DNA of 43,434 bases from Tepidisphaeraceae bacterium (GCA_041482675.1 JBGPEF010000001.1:1-43434); one strand, 5' to 3'; counted from the stretch's first letter, positions 32,657 through 41,617 are shown. Translations and numbers: made by a program. Notes: generated by a model from the letters alone, not told the origin.

Positions 32657-34093
32657 ATGCGCGAGCGCGATTATCTTTTTTATGAACTGACCAGCAGCCT
32701 CTGCGCGACTTGTCTGCGGAAGGTGGAGGCGAAGGTGGTGATTCAGGGGGAGGATGTGTTCATGCTCAAGCGCTGCCCGGAGCATGGGTTTGCCAAGGTG
32801 CTGATTTCGACGGATGCGGAATATTACAAACTCTCGCGGCAGACGCTCAAGCCGGGGCAGATGCCGCTGAAGTTCAACACGCCGATCAAGTGGGGATGTC
32901 CGTATGACTGCGGATTGTGCCCGGATCACGAGCAGCATTCGTGTCTGACGCTGGTAGAGATCACCGACCAGTGCAATCTCACCTGCCCGATTTGTTATAG
33001 CGAATCGTCGCCGAAGCGATTGACGCACCGCAGCCTCGAGCAGGTCGAGTTCATGCTCGATTGCGTGGTGCGCAATGAGGGCGAGCCGGATGTGGTGCAG
33101 ATTTCCGGCGGCGAGCCGACGATTCATCCCCGGTTCTGGGAGATCATGGATGCAGCGCGGCGGCGGCCGATCAAGCATCTGATGCTGAACACCAATGGCC
33201 TGCGGATCGCGCACGAGGCGGAGTTTGCAAGTCGTCTCAAGGAATACATGCCTGGGTTTGAGGTTTATTTGCAGTTTGATTCGCTGCGGGAGCGGCCGTT
33301 GCGGGAATTGCGCGGAGCGGATCTGCGCGATGTGAGATTGCGGGCGCTGGAGCGGCTCAATGAGCACAATATTTCCACGACGCTGGTGGTGACGTTGAAG
33401 AAGGGGCTCAACGATTCGGAGATTGGGGAGATTATTGATTTTGCATTGAAGCAGAGGTGCGTGCGCGGCGTGACGTTTCAGCCGATTCAGTCGGCCGGGC
33501 GATTGGAGGATTTTGACCCAGCGCGGGATCGGTTGACGCTGGGCGAAGTTCGGCAGCAGATTTTGAAACAGTCGCCGATTTTCAAATCCAGTGATGTGAT
33601 TCCCGTGCCGTGCCATCCGGATTGCCTGGCCATGGCGTATGCGCTGAAGATGGATGGGTGCGTCACACCGCTGACGGGGCTGATCGATCCGCAGGTGCTG
33701 CTGCATGGCGAGGGGAATACGATCGTCTATGAGCGGAATGCGGCCGTCCGCGGGGAGTTGTTCAAATTATTTTCGACCGGGGCAAGCCCGCAATCGGCGG
33801 CGGGGAGTTTGAAGCAGTTGCTCTGCTGTTTGCCGACGGTGACGGGGAGCGGATCGCTGACGTACGACAATATTTTCCGGATCATCATCATGCAGTTCCT
33901 GGATGCGCACAATTTTGACGTGCGGAGCGTGAAGAAGACGTGCGTGCACATCGTCCATTCGGACGGAAGGATCATTCCGTTTGATACGTTCAATATGTTT
34001 TATCGGGATGAGAAGGAGAGGAGGTTGGAGGGGTTGAGGGAGGAGACGATGACGCAGATGCGGGTGAGGGGGAGGGAGATGGTGGGGCAGTGA
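32657..34093 (+). CDS. Radical SAM enzyme with an N-terminal Zn-ribbon, COG1964 / MJ0619 (tetraether lipid synthase Tes, GDGT-MAS)-like architecture
   Basis: GGGAGGG SD upstream. N-terminal Zn-ribbon: LTSSLCATCLRKVEAKVVIQGEDVFMLKRCPEHGF. Additional Cys cluster: WGCPYDCGLCPDHEQHSC. Radical SAM cluster: ITDQCNLTCPICY. SGGEPTIHP; LNTNGLRIA; C-terminal VPCHPDCLAMAY and CVHIVHSDGRIIPFDTFNMFYRD. Confidence 0.8.
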   Translation: MRERDYLFYELTSSLCATCLRKVEAKVVIQGEDVFMLKRCPEHGFAKVLISTDAEYYKLSRQTLKPGQMPLKFNTPIKWGCPYDCGLCPDHEQHSCLTLVEITDQCNLTCPICYSESSPKRLTHRSLEQVEFMLDCVVRNEGEPDVVQISGGEPTIHPRFWEIMDAARRRPIKHLMLNTNGLRIAHEAEFASRLKEYMPGFEVYLQFDSLRERPLRELRGADLRDVRLRALERLNEHNISTTLVVTLKKGLNDSEIGEIIDFALKQRCVRGVTFQPIQSAGRLEDFDPARDRLTLGEVRQQILKQSPIFKSSDVIPVPCHPDCLAMAYALKMDGCVTPLTGLIDPQVLLHGEGNTIVYERNAAVRGELFKLFSTGASPQSAAGSLKQLLCCLPTVTGSGSLTYDNIFRIIIMQFLDAHNFDVRSVKKTCVHIVHSDGRIIPFDTFNMFYRDEKERRLEGLREETMTQMRVRGREMVGQ

Positions 34094-34601
34094 TCTTCTG
34101 CTGCCCGGGCAGGTGGTGAGTCTGGGGTATTACAGGAAAACCGCGTCGAGTGTTGGGATATTCAGGGCCCGATTCACCGGCCGACTCATTTAATGCTTGC
34201 GCGAATGCCTCTACTTCTGGCGTGAGGGCTGCATAAAGCATGAATGCTCGTTCACCAGCGTTTGTAATAACGATGAGCCATGGCACTTTTCGTGTGCGTG
34301 CTGCTCCGAACATCAAATAGAACCCAACCAGAGTGATGGAAAGGGTTAGAAGCGGATTGTAATAAAGGCCCATCAGCGTCAGGCCAATAGGTACGGCAAC
34401 CAGCAGTCCCCCGAGGATGAGTCCGACGATTGGATGTTTGAATGACGGACGAAGCTCAATGCGGATCGAGCGAATGTCGGCCCTTGGAACGCTGCCAACA
34501 ACGTCACGACCTTCCAAAACCACAATCAGCCGCTCGCTATACGCGAGCGCGCCGAGTAGCACGTATCGCTCATGAGGATCGACCGCAGCGGTGAATTTCA
34601 T
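33990..34601 (-). CDS. Small 2-TM membrane protein of unknown function (beta-rich / TM hairpin / beta-rich), atypical composition
   Basis: Start placed at ATG 34601 (MKFTAAVDPHERYVLLGALAYSERLIVVLEGRD...). TM hairpin: HPIVGLILGGLLVAVPIGLTLMGLYYNPLLTLSITLVGFYLMFGAA. The Pro/Ser-rich C-terminal tail is encoded antisense to the last 104 nt of the radical SAM gene. The body is visibly more AT-rich than its neighbours. Confidence 0.55.
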   Translation of the reverse strand: MKFTAAVDPHERYVLLGALAYSERLIVVLEGRDVVGSVPRADIRSIRIELRPSFKHPIVGLILGGLLVAVPIGLTLMGLYYNPLLTLSITLVGFYLMFGAARTRKVPWLIVITNAGERAFMLYAALTPEVEAFAQALNESAGESGPEYPNTRRGFPVIPQTHHLPGQQKITAPPSPSPSPASASSSPPSTPPTSSPSHPDKTY

Positions 34602-34678
34602 CTCGCACCAGGCATCCAATCGCCATTGCGATTTTTCAGGTCCGAATGATATACCTATTTCGTGGAGGCATGAAGGTA

Positions 34679-35614
34679 ATGGCTGACATCCGCATTGGTA
34701 TTTCCGGCTGGCGCTACACCCCGTGGCAGGGAACATTCTATCCCAAAGACCTGGCCCAAAAACGCGAGCTGGAATATGCCAGCCGCAAGCTCAACTCGAT
34801 TGAAATCAACGGCTCGTTTTATTCGCTCCAGAGGCCGAAGAATTATCTGGAGTGGTATGAGCAGACTCCGAAGGATTTTATTTTTGCGCTGAAGGGCAGC
34901 CGGTTCATCACGCACATGAAGCGGCTGAATGATGTGAAGCTGCCGCTGGCGAATTTTCTGGCGTCGGGGGTGCTGGCGCTGCGGGACAAATTGGGGCCGA
35001 TTTTGTGGCAGTTTCCGCCGAATTTTGGATTTGATGAGGAGAAGTTTGCGAGGTTTTTTGAAATGCTGCCGAAGGATCGGGAAGAGGCGGTGAAATTGGG
35101 AAAGCACCACGATGCGCGGGTGAAGGGGAGATCGTGGCTGGAGGTTGATAAGAATCGCAAGTTGCGGCATGCCGTGGAGGTTCGACATGAGAGTTTCAGA
35201 ACACCGCAATTCGTGAAGCTGCTTCGCAAGCACAATTTCGCTCTCGTCTTCGCGGATACGGCCGGCAAATGGCCGTACATGGAGGATGTGACTTCCGATT
35301 ACATCTACGCGCGGCTGCATGGTGACGAGGAGCTCTATGCCAGCGGCTATACCGATGACGCGTTGGATTGGTGGGCGGCGAGACTTTGCAAGTGGAAGAG
35401 TGGCGGAGAGCCGGAGGATCGAAAAACGGTGTTGGCGGCGCGGCCGAAAAAGCGCAAGAGCCGCGATGTGTTCGTCTATTTCGACAATGACGTGAAAGTA
35501 CGGGCGCCCTATGACGCGATGAGGCTGATGGCGCGGATGTCCGGCAAATCGCCGCCGAAGGCGCAGGTGCACAAGGTGGCCGAGGCGGCGCGGACGAGCT
35601 GGCCGAAACTGTAG
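34679..35614 (+). CDS. DUF72 (UPF0759/YecE-like) family protein
   Basis: MADIRIGISGWRYTPWQGTFYPKDL...LEYASRKLNSIEINGSFYSLQRP..Y..W...TP.DFIFALKGSRFITH is the DUF72 signature. GGAGG lies 10 nt upstream of ATG 34679. In-frame alternative starts are at 34646 and 34670. Confidence 0.85.
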   Translation: MADIRIGISGWRYTPWQGTFYPKDLAQKRELEYASRKLNSIEINGSFYSLQRPKNYLEWYEQTPKDFIFALKGSRFITHMKRLNDVKLPLANFLASGVLALRDKLGPILWQFPPNFGFDEEKFARFFEMLPKDREEAVKLGKHHDARVKGRSWLEVDKNRKLRHAVEVRHESFRTPQFVKLLRKHNFALVFADTAGKWPYMEDVTSDYIYARLHGDEELYASGYTDDALDWWAARLCKWKSGGEPEDRKTVLAARPKKRKSRDVFVYFDNDVKVRAPYDAMRLMARMSGKSPPKAQVHKVAEAARTSWPKL

Positions 35615-35652
35615 GTCCGGCTTTGCCGGACGTCCGGCACAGCCGGACCTAC
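35611..35652. terminator. Nested inverted repeat between convergent genes, with both stop codons inside the arms
   Basis: Outer arms GTAGGTCCGGCT (35611..35622) and AGCCGGACCTAC (35641..35652), 12 bp, perfect. Inner perfect palindrome GCCGGACGTCCGGC (35625..35638). The TAG of DUF72 (35612..35614) and the TAG of GH2 (complement of 35649..35651) occupy equivalent arm positions. Confidence 0.7.
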
Positions 35653-37874
35653 TTCTCCTTCAGCAAATCGATCAACCCCACGTCGATATATTGCCCGCCC
35701 GTGGTTTGTTTGCAGTGGATGGCGATCGTGTTAGGCCCGGATCGAAGAGCGGCCTTGCCCTTATCGCTCAAGGGGATGGTGACGTAGTCGCTGGTGAAGC
35801 CGGGAGCGGTGGCGACGAGTTGGCCGTTGATATAGACCTCCGCATCCTCATCGTGATGGATGAGCAGGTGCGGCTCGTTGAAGGCGGTCACGCGCAAATC
35901 GAAAGTTTTGCGAATCCAGATTTCGGGCGTTTTCCATTCCGTCCCAATGACCGCGCCGGGCGTTCCCTCGGTGCCGAAGCCCGCGGCCCCGGTGGTCCAC
36001 CAGGTGTCGTTGAAGTCGGTGCTGGTCCAGTTATCGGCCGGTTTTTCCGTCACATACCGCCAGTCAATCGGCATATCGCGCGCCACGGGGATCAGCGTGA
36101 TCAGGCGCGGCGCGGGAAGCGAAAGCTTCTTATGCGCGGCCATGATCTTCTCCTCGTTGGGCTTGATCATGGCGCGGTCATAGGTCATCAGGCCGTTCAC
36201 TTCCATCTCGACGTCGGTTGTCTGCGTGTAAACGGCGGCGGAGAGGCCCGAGGCGGCCAGGAGGCGCAGGTTTTGGGTCAGGAAAACATAAGCCTCGGTG
36301 AGCGAGTCGCGATCCTGGAAGGTGCGATAGCCCCAGTTGCCTTTTTCCTTCCAGAGATGGCCGGAAATTGGCAGACCGAGCCCGCCATATTCGCCCAGGA
36401 CGGCGGCGCGATTTTCCTCGGGCTTGGGTGCGCCCGGGCCGGGATACAGATGGATGTCATGCACATCGCCGGCCGGAAAATCGTTCCACCCGCTGGCGCA
36501 ATTGGCCAGACGCGTGGGATCGAGTTGTTTGACGAGATTGGTGATGCGTGAGGTCTGGTACTGCCCCCAGCCTTCGTTGAAAGGCACCCACATGACGATG
36601 CAGGGATGGTTGTAATGGGTATCGATCATCGCCCGCAGCTCGCGTTCGTAGTTGTCGGCCGATTCTTTGCTGCGGGTGATTTCTCCCTTGCCGGGAGCGA
36701 CGTGTTTGTCGCCGCTGGGCATGTCCTGCCAGACCAGCAGGCCAAGTTTGTCGCACCAGTAATACCAGCGATCCGGCTCGACCTTCACGTGCTTGCGGGC
36801 CATGTTGAAGCCGAGCTTTTTGGTGATTTCGATGTCGTACTTCAGTGCTTCGTCGGTGGGTGCGGTGTAAAGCCCATCCGGCCAGAAGCCCTGATCCAGC
36901 GGGCCATGTTGGAAGACGAACTGGTTGTTGAGCATGATTCGGGTGATGCCTTGGGCATCCTTGCCGAGGGCGATCTTGCGCATGCCGAAATAGGAAGTGA
37001 CTTCATCCTTGCCAGCGCGGACGCGCAGGGTGTAGAGGTGCGGGGAATCGGGAGACCAGAGCCTGGCATTGTCAATTTTGAGAGTGATCTTGCCCGTGGG
37101 GCCGGTGGCGGTGGCGACTTCCTGATCGCCATCCATGGCGGCCAGTTGGATTTCATTGGTGCCCACGCCGTCAACGATCACGGCAACTTCGCCTTTATCG
37201 ATGTCGGGAGTGATTTTGAGTGAGCGGATGTAATTCTGAGGAACGGCCTCGATCCAGACGGTCTGCCAGATTCCGGTGGTCGGTGTATACCAGATGCCGT
37301 TGGGGCGGGCGTGTTGTTTGCCCATGGGCTGATAGCCATCGGTGGTGGGGTCCCAGACGGAGACGGAGAGGGTGTTCTGGCCTTCGACGAGCTTATCGGT
37401 GATGTCGAAGGAGAACGGGTCATAGCCGCCGGTGTGGGTGCTGACCAGTTTTTTGTTCACGAAGACGGTGGCGTTCCAATCGACAGCGCCAAAGTGCAGG
37501 AGGATGCGCTGGCCCTTCCAGGTTTCGGGGAGGCGGAAAGAGCGCTGGTACCAGAGGCGATTTTGCGCGCCGACCGGTTTCATCACGCCCGAGAGCGCGG
37601 ATTCGATGGGAAAGGGGACGAGGATTTTGCCCTGGTATTTTTCGGGCTGTGTGTTGGTGTCCTTGGGCGCGATCGCGTAGTCCCACAGGCCGTTGAGGTT
37701 GACCCACTCCGGCCGCTCCATCTGCGGCCGCGGGTATTCGCGATGGGCATTGTCAGGCGAGACGTCTTTGGCCCACCTTGTCATCAGGGGGGCGGTTTGA
37801 GGTTGCCACTGCGCGTGAGCAAAACCAGTGGCCAAAACAAGAACGATACTGCTGAAAATGAAGGGGGATTTCAT
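35649..37874 (-). CDS. Glycoside hydrolase family 2 (beta-galactosidase/beta-glucuronidase-like) with a C-terminal beta-sandwich module
   Basis: Start placed at ATG 37874 (MKSPFIFSSIVLVLATGFAHAQ, signal peptide). GH2 sugar-binding domain: WYQRSFRLPETWKGQRILLHFGAVDWNATVFVNKKLVSTHTGGYDPFSFDITD. TIM barrel: GFNMARKHVKVEPDRWYYWCDKLGLLVWQDMP and NHPCIVMWVPFNEGWG. Confidence 0.88.
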   Translation of the reverse strand: MKSPFIFSSIVLVLATGFAHAQWQPQTAPLMTRWAKDVSPDNAHREYPRPQMERPEWVNLNGLWDYAIAPKDTNTQPEKYQGKILVPFPIESALSGVMKPVGAQNRLWYQRSFRLPETWKGQRILLHFGAVDWNATVFVNKKLVSTHTGGYDPFSFDITDKLVEGQNTLSVSVWDPTTDGYQPMGKQHARPNGIWYTPTTGIWQTVWIEAVPQNYIRSLKITPDIDKGEVAVIVDGVGTNEIQLAAMDGDQEVATATGPTGKITLKIDNARLWSPDSPHLYTLRVRAGKDEVTSYFGMRKIALGKDAQGITRIMLNNQFVFQHGPLDQGFWPDGLYTAPTDEALKYDIEITKKLGFNMARKHVKVEPDRWYYWCDKLGLLVWQDMPSGDKHVAPGKGEITRSKESADNYERELRAMIDTHYNHPCIVMWVPFNEGWGQYQTSRITNLVKQLDPTRLANCASGWNDFPAGDVHDIHLYPGPGAPKPEENRAAVLGEYGGLGLPISGHLWKEKGNWGYRTFQDRDSLTEAYVFLTQNLRLLAASGLSAAVYTQTTDVEMEVNGLMTYDRAMIKPNEEKIMAAHKKLSLPAPRLITLIPVARDMPIDWRYVTEKPADNWTSTDFNDTWWTTGAAGFGTEGTPGAVIGTEWKTPEIWIRKTFDLRVTAFNEPHLLIHHDEDAEVYINGQLVATAPGFTSDYVTIPLSDKGKAALRSGPNTIAIHCKQTTGGQYIDVGLIDLLKEK

Positions 37875-37985
37875 GCTGCTTCCTTGTAAATCCCGATCCC
37901 CACCCACCACTGGCATGGCGCGCAAACCCGGAAGATGGTGGGCGATGCCCACCTTTGGCCATATCGACCAAATCCCTATGCGACA

Positions 37986-38903
37986 TTATGCCGCTGCCGT
38001 GGCTTCCAGGCCCAATACGCGGGCCGTGGTTTCGCCAAGGGTGGCGGGGCTGTCGGTTACGGTGACCCCGGCTTCCTTCATGGCGGCGATTTTGGATTCC
38101 GCCGAGCCTTCGCCGCCGGAAATTATCGCGCCCGCATGGCCCATGCGCCGGCCGGGGGGCGCTGTCCTTCCCGCGATAAAGCCGACGACCGGCTTCTTTA
38201 CATACTGCTTGATAAAGGTGGCCGCCGCTTCTTCATCGCTGCCGCCGATTTCACCGATCATGATGATCGCATCGGTATCGCTGTCGCGGTTGAAGAGATC
38301 GAGGACGTCAATAAAGTTCACACCCTTGATCGGATCGCCGCCGATGCCCACGCAGGTGGTCTGGCCAATTCCCCGCGTCGTGCATTGCCAGACGGCTTCG
38401 TAAGTGAGCGTGCCGGAGCGGGAAATGATGCCGACTTTCTTGCCGGTTTTGCTCTCGCGGGCCGGCGTATGGATGTAGCCGGGCATGATGCCGATTTTGC
38501 ACTCGCCGGGCGTGATAATTCCGGGGCAATTGGGGCCGATGAGCACGCTCTTGGGTTTGTCGCGTAAGAATGCTTTGACCTTCACCATATCCAGGACCGG
38601 AACGCCTTCGGTGATTGCGACGATCACTTTGATCCCCGCATGGGCCGCCTCCATGATGGCATCACCCGCAAACGGCGCGGGGACGAAAATCATGCTGGCA
38701 ACCGCACCCGTCTCATTCACGGCCTGTTGAACCGTGTCGAAAATCGGCAGCCCGTTGGCGTCTTTCTGGCCGCCTTTTCCCGGCGTGACGCCGCCGACCA
38801 TTTTGGTGCCGTATTCCAGGCAGCTTTTGGTGTGAAATGCTCCCGCCGAGCCGGTGATGCCCTGGGTGATAACTTTGGTGCGTTTGTTGACGAGGATGCT
38901 CAT
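37986..38903 (-). CDS. sucD: Succinyl-CoA ligase (ADP/GDP-forming) alpha subunit
   Basis: Start placed at ATG 38903 ([45 protein letters not shown]). [11 protein letters not shown]; phosphohistidine loop [11 protein letters not shown]. The track start at 39263 would add 120 non-homologous residues overlapping the LacI gene. Confidence 0.93.
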   Translation of the reverse strand: MSILVNKRTKVITQGITGSAGAFHTKSCLEYGTKMVGGVTPGKGGQKDANGLPIFDTVQQAVNETGAVASMIFVPAPFAGDAIMEAAHAGIKVIVAITEGVPVLDMVKVKAFLRDKPKSVLIGPNCPGIITPGECKIGIMPGYIHTPARESKTGKKVGIISRSGTLTYEAVWQCTTRGIGQTTCVGIGGDPIKGVNFIDVLDLFNRDSDTDAIIMIGEIGGSDEEAAATFIKQYVKKPVVGFIAGRTAPPGRRMGHAGAIISGGEGSAESKIAAMKEAGVTVTDSPATLGETTARVLGLEATAAA

Positions 38904-38966
38904 GGGAGGGGGAAGGGTATAGCGGGCAAAGAACACTGGCAAGAACCATAACCAGGCCAGTACAAT

Positions 38967-39971
38967 GTGGCCCGCCACTTCTGGAGTTTGCACTTGCCAG
39001 CCACACTGATCGACATCGCGCGGGAAACGCGCACGAGCATCAGCACGGTCAGCCGCGTATTGGCCGGGGGCGCGGTCTCGGCGCGCATCAGCGATGGCAC
39101 GCGCGAGCGGGTGATGGAGGCGGCCAGGCGGATGGGATATCGGCCCAACCTCGTAGCTCGCTCGCTGCGAACGCGAAAGTCGAATACGGTGGCCCTCCTT
39201 TTCTCCGACATCGCCAATCCGTGGTTTGGTCAGATCGCCAGTCTGATCGAGCAGAGCCTGCATCGGCAGGGCTATTCAACCATGCTCTGCAACAGCGGCG
39301 AGGACCCGCAGCGTGAGCTGGAATATCTGAGACTGCTGCCGTCGAAGGGGATTGACGGACTGATCCTGGTGCCGCTGGTGCGGAGTAAAAAGACGCTGGT
39401 GGACATCCTGCCGGCGGATTTGCCGATGGTGATTCTGGATCGGCCGATCGCGGGGATTTCTTCCAGCGTGTCGAGCGACCAGGATCAGGCGGCGAGGATT
39501 CTGTGCGATGCGCTGGAGCGTGTCGGCGTGAAGAAAGTGGCGCTGATCTGTGGGCCGCATCATGTGGTGACGCATCGCCGGCGGGCGGAGATTGTTTCGC
39601 AGCGGTTTGAGGTGCTGGAACGGCATGAGGGGCCGGCCCAGCGCGAGACGGGGCGGCAGGGGTTCATTCATTTTCTGGGGGTCCAGCCGGATGCGATCAT
39701 CTGCACCAATAATTTCCTCGGCCAGGGGGTGATTGACGCGATTGATGAGATCGAAAATCCGCCGATCGTGGGCGTGTTTGATGAGATTCCCATGATGCAC
39801 CTGCTGCCGATCCCGATCATCGCCAGCGTGCAGGATGTGGATGCGCTGGCCGACGGGTGCGTGCGGCAGCTATTGCCGCAGCTTCAGGGGGAGAAGCAAA
39901 AACTGGAGCCGATCGTGCTGCCGGCGCGGGCGGTGGCGAATCGGGAGTTTCAGATAAGGGTGGCGGGTTAA
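38967..39971 (+). CDS. LacI-family transcriptional regulator
   Basis: HTH: [23 protein letters not shown]...[28 protein letters not shown]. This is followed by a periplasmic-binding-protein-like sugar-binding fold ([13 protein letters not shown]...GIDGLILVP). The GTG start at 38967 is uncertain; a TTG a few codons downstream is possible. Confidence 0.85.
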   Translation: MARHFWSLHLPATLIDIARETRTSISTVSRVLAGGAVSARISDGTRERVMEAARRMGYRPNLVARSLRTRKSNTVALLFSDIANPWFGQIASLIEQSLHRQGYSTMLCNSGEDPQRELEYLRLLPSKGIDGLILVPLVRSKKTLVDILPADLPMVILDRPIAGISSSVSSDQDQAARILCDALERVGVKKVALICGPHHVVTHRRRAEIVSQRFEVLERHEGPAQRETGRQGFIHFLGVQPDAIICTNNFLGQGVIDAIDEIENPPIVGVFDEIPMMHLLPIPIIASVQDVDALADGCVRQLLPQLQGEKQKLEPIVLPARAVANREFQIRVAG

Positions 39972-41617
39972 TCGATCCGGCGGATGATCATCACCTCGAC
40001 AACCGAGCCGCGCTTGGCATAGGCGATGCCGCGAAATGTGGAAAAGGACTCGTAGCGAGCCCGAACGTCCGGGGGGAGTTTAAGCCACAGATCACTTGTC
40101 AGGACGACCCATTTGGCCCACTCATTGCGCGGCGTGAGGGTGAAATAGTTGTTTTCCTTCTCGCGAATCGTGCCGCCCTGGTAATAGGCCAGGGAATCTT
40201 CGCGATAGTCGAGATTGATGACATCGCCGCGGCGGGTTGCGCCGTTTTCCAGCAGGACAGAGGCAATTCGCTCGGGCAGCCAGAGGAATTGGGCTCTAGG
40301 GAGATACAGTGTGTAGAAGATGGCGATGACCGCCATCATCCCGGCTCCCATTGCTGCCGCGGCGGCGGCGATGCGGCCGCGGGCGAAAAAGATGAAGACG
40401 GAGGCGGCGTAAAGAATTCCCGCGATGGTGAGGATCGTCATCGCGGTGGTCGGGAGTGAATCAAAGTGGCCAAGCGCCAGCCACGGTATCGCGCCAACCG
40501 CCGCGGCGATGATGGCCCAGATGGCAACCAGCGCGATAAATGCCGGGCGGCGGAGGTCGCCAATCTGACCACGAATGGCGCGAACCAGCATGTCCGCCGT
40601 GATGAACGCCAGCGGAGGGAAAGCGGGCAGGATGTAGTGGGCCAGCTTGGTTTTGACGATCTCCATCAAAATCCATGGCCCAATCACGGCCGCCAGCGCG
40701 AAGCGCAGCGGCGCGAGTCGGCGATTGCGCCAGGCCCACGGCAGGGCGGCCGGAAGCAGGATGCACCAGGGGAAAAATGTCGCCCAGACGGTGACCAGAT
40801 AATAACCCGGCGGGCCGGCGTGGCCTTCGAGCGGCTTCATGCTGCGGGCGACGACATCATGCCAGAAGGTTCTTCTCAAGAACGTCGGCTCGCGATGCTG
40901 GAGCTGTATCAGCCATGGCGCTACCACCGCGCCGGCGATGAGAATTCCGAACAGAGGCCGCGTGTGAGCCCACCATCGAATTGCATTGAGCCATGCCCGG
41001 CCGCTGCGCCATTCACGGCCGACATCAAGCGCGGCGAGCATAATCATTGTTGTCAATTGAATGCCCAGCACCACCGGACCCTTGGTCAGCAGCGCCAGCC
41101 CGATCGAGAGCCAGAGAATCAGCGTAACCCTCCATGAGCGATTGCCCTGATAGACCGCAAAGAGCGAAAGCTGCGCAATGGTGATCCACAGGAGCAGGAC
41201 GGAATCGGTGATGCACATCTTGGCGGCCGCGATCACCAGGCCGCTGGTGGAGAGGATGAAAACAGTCCAGAGGGCTCGTCGCCAGCCGATGGATTTGCCG
41301 ATGGCGATGGCGAGGACAGTGAGGGTAATCACCATCGCCACGGCCGAGGGAAGCCGCGCGGCGAAAGGCTCGGTGGAATTCAACAGCCACATCGCCCCCG
41401 CCTGGCACCAATAGATAAAAATGGGTTTGGCGGTCCGCACATCATCCAGCAGCCGCGGAACCACCCAATCCGGCGGTTCCGACTGAAGCATCTGCCTGGA
41501 TGTCTGCGCATAGCGCGGTTCATCCCGATCCCACAGCCCGACGCGATCATTGCCAACCAAATAAAGCGCGGCCGCCGCGATGATCACGAGGATGAGATAT
41601 CGCTGGGGACGGGACAT
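39968..41617 (-). CDS. ArnT/PMT-like (GT39/GT83) lipid-carrier-dependent glycosyltransferase, polytopic membrane protein
   Basis: N-terminal signature: GLWDRDEPRYAQTSRQMLQS..WVVPRLLDDVRTAKPIFIYWCQA. At least 10 predicted TM helices. A soluble C-terminal domain is present. Its stop overlaps the LacI stop (TTAA at 39968..39971). Confidence 0.8.
   Translation of the reverse strand: MSRPQRYLILVIIAAAALYLVGNDRVGLWDRDEPRYAQTSRQMLQSEPPDWVVPRLLDDVRTAKPIFIYWCQAGAMWLLNSTEPFAARLPSAVAMVITLTVLAIAIGKSIGWRRALWTVFILSTSGLVIAAAKMCITDSVLLLWITIAQLSLFAVYQGNRSWRVTLILWLSIGLALLTKGPVVLGIQLTTMIMLAALDVGREWRSGRAWLNAIRWWAHTRPLFGILIAGAVVAPWLIQLQHREPTFLRRTFWHDVVARSMKPLEGHAGPPGYYLVTVWATFFPWCILLPAALPWAWRNRRLAPLRFALAAVIGPWILMEIVKTKLAHYILPAFPPLAFITADMLVRAIRGQIGDLRRPAFIALVAIWAIIAAAVGAIPWLALGHFDSLPTTAMTILTIAGILYAASVFIFFARGRIAAAAAAMGAGMMAVIAIFYTLYLPRAQFLWLPERIASVLLENGATRRGDVINLDYREDSLAYYQGGTIREKENNYFTLTPRNEWAKWVVLTSDLWLKLPPDVRARYESFSTFRGIAYAKRGSVVEVMIIRRID

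Noticed and set aside
31247-33706. An 819-aa minus-strand ORF, the second-longest ORF in the track, spanning four plus-strand genes
   Set aside because: Its composition is extreme R/H/P/Q-rich with no motifs, TM segments or domains. It is exactly antisense to four plus-strand genes that each carry clear signatures (Lgt end motif, TM proteins, radical SAM CxxxCxxC). Long open antisense frames are expected in high-GC coding DNA.
38904-39263. A 120-residue N-terminal extension of the sucD ORF. Similar extensions occur on GH2 (37875..37952), paralog 2 (15126..15191), paralog 3 (16353..16442), the 23810 start and the 31151 start.
   Set aside because: The extensions are non-homologous to the respective families. 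They overlap neighbouring genes or promoters. Internal ATGs give canonical N-termini or signal peptides, often with an SD.
39968-39971. A 4-nt TTAA stop-stop overlap of the convergent LacI and glycosyltransferase genes
   Set aside because: The overlap is real but is a trivial consequence of tight packing. No hairpin or regulatory signal is associated with it.
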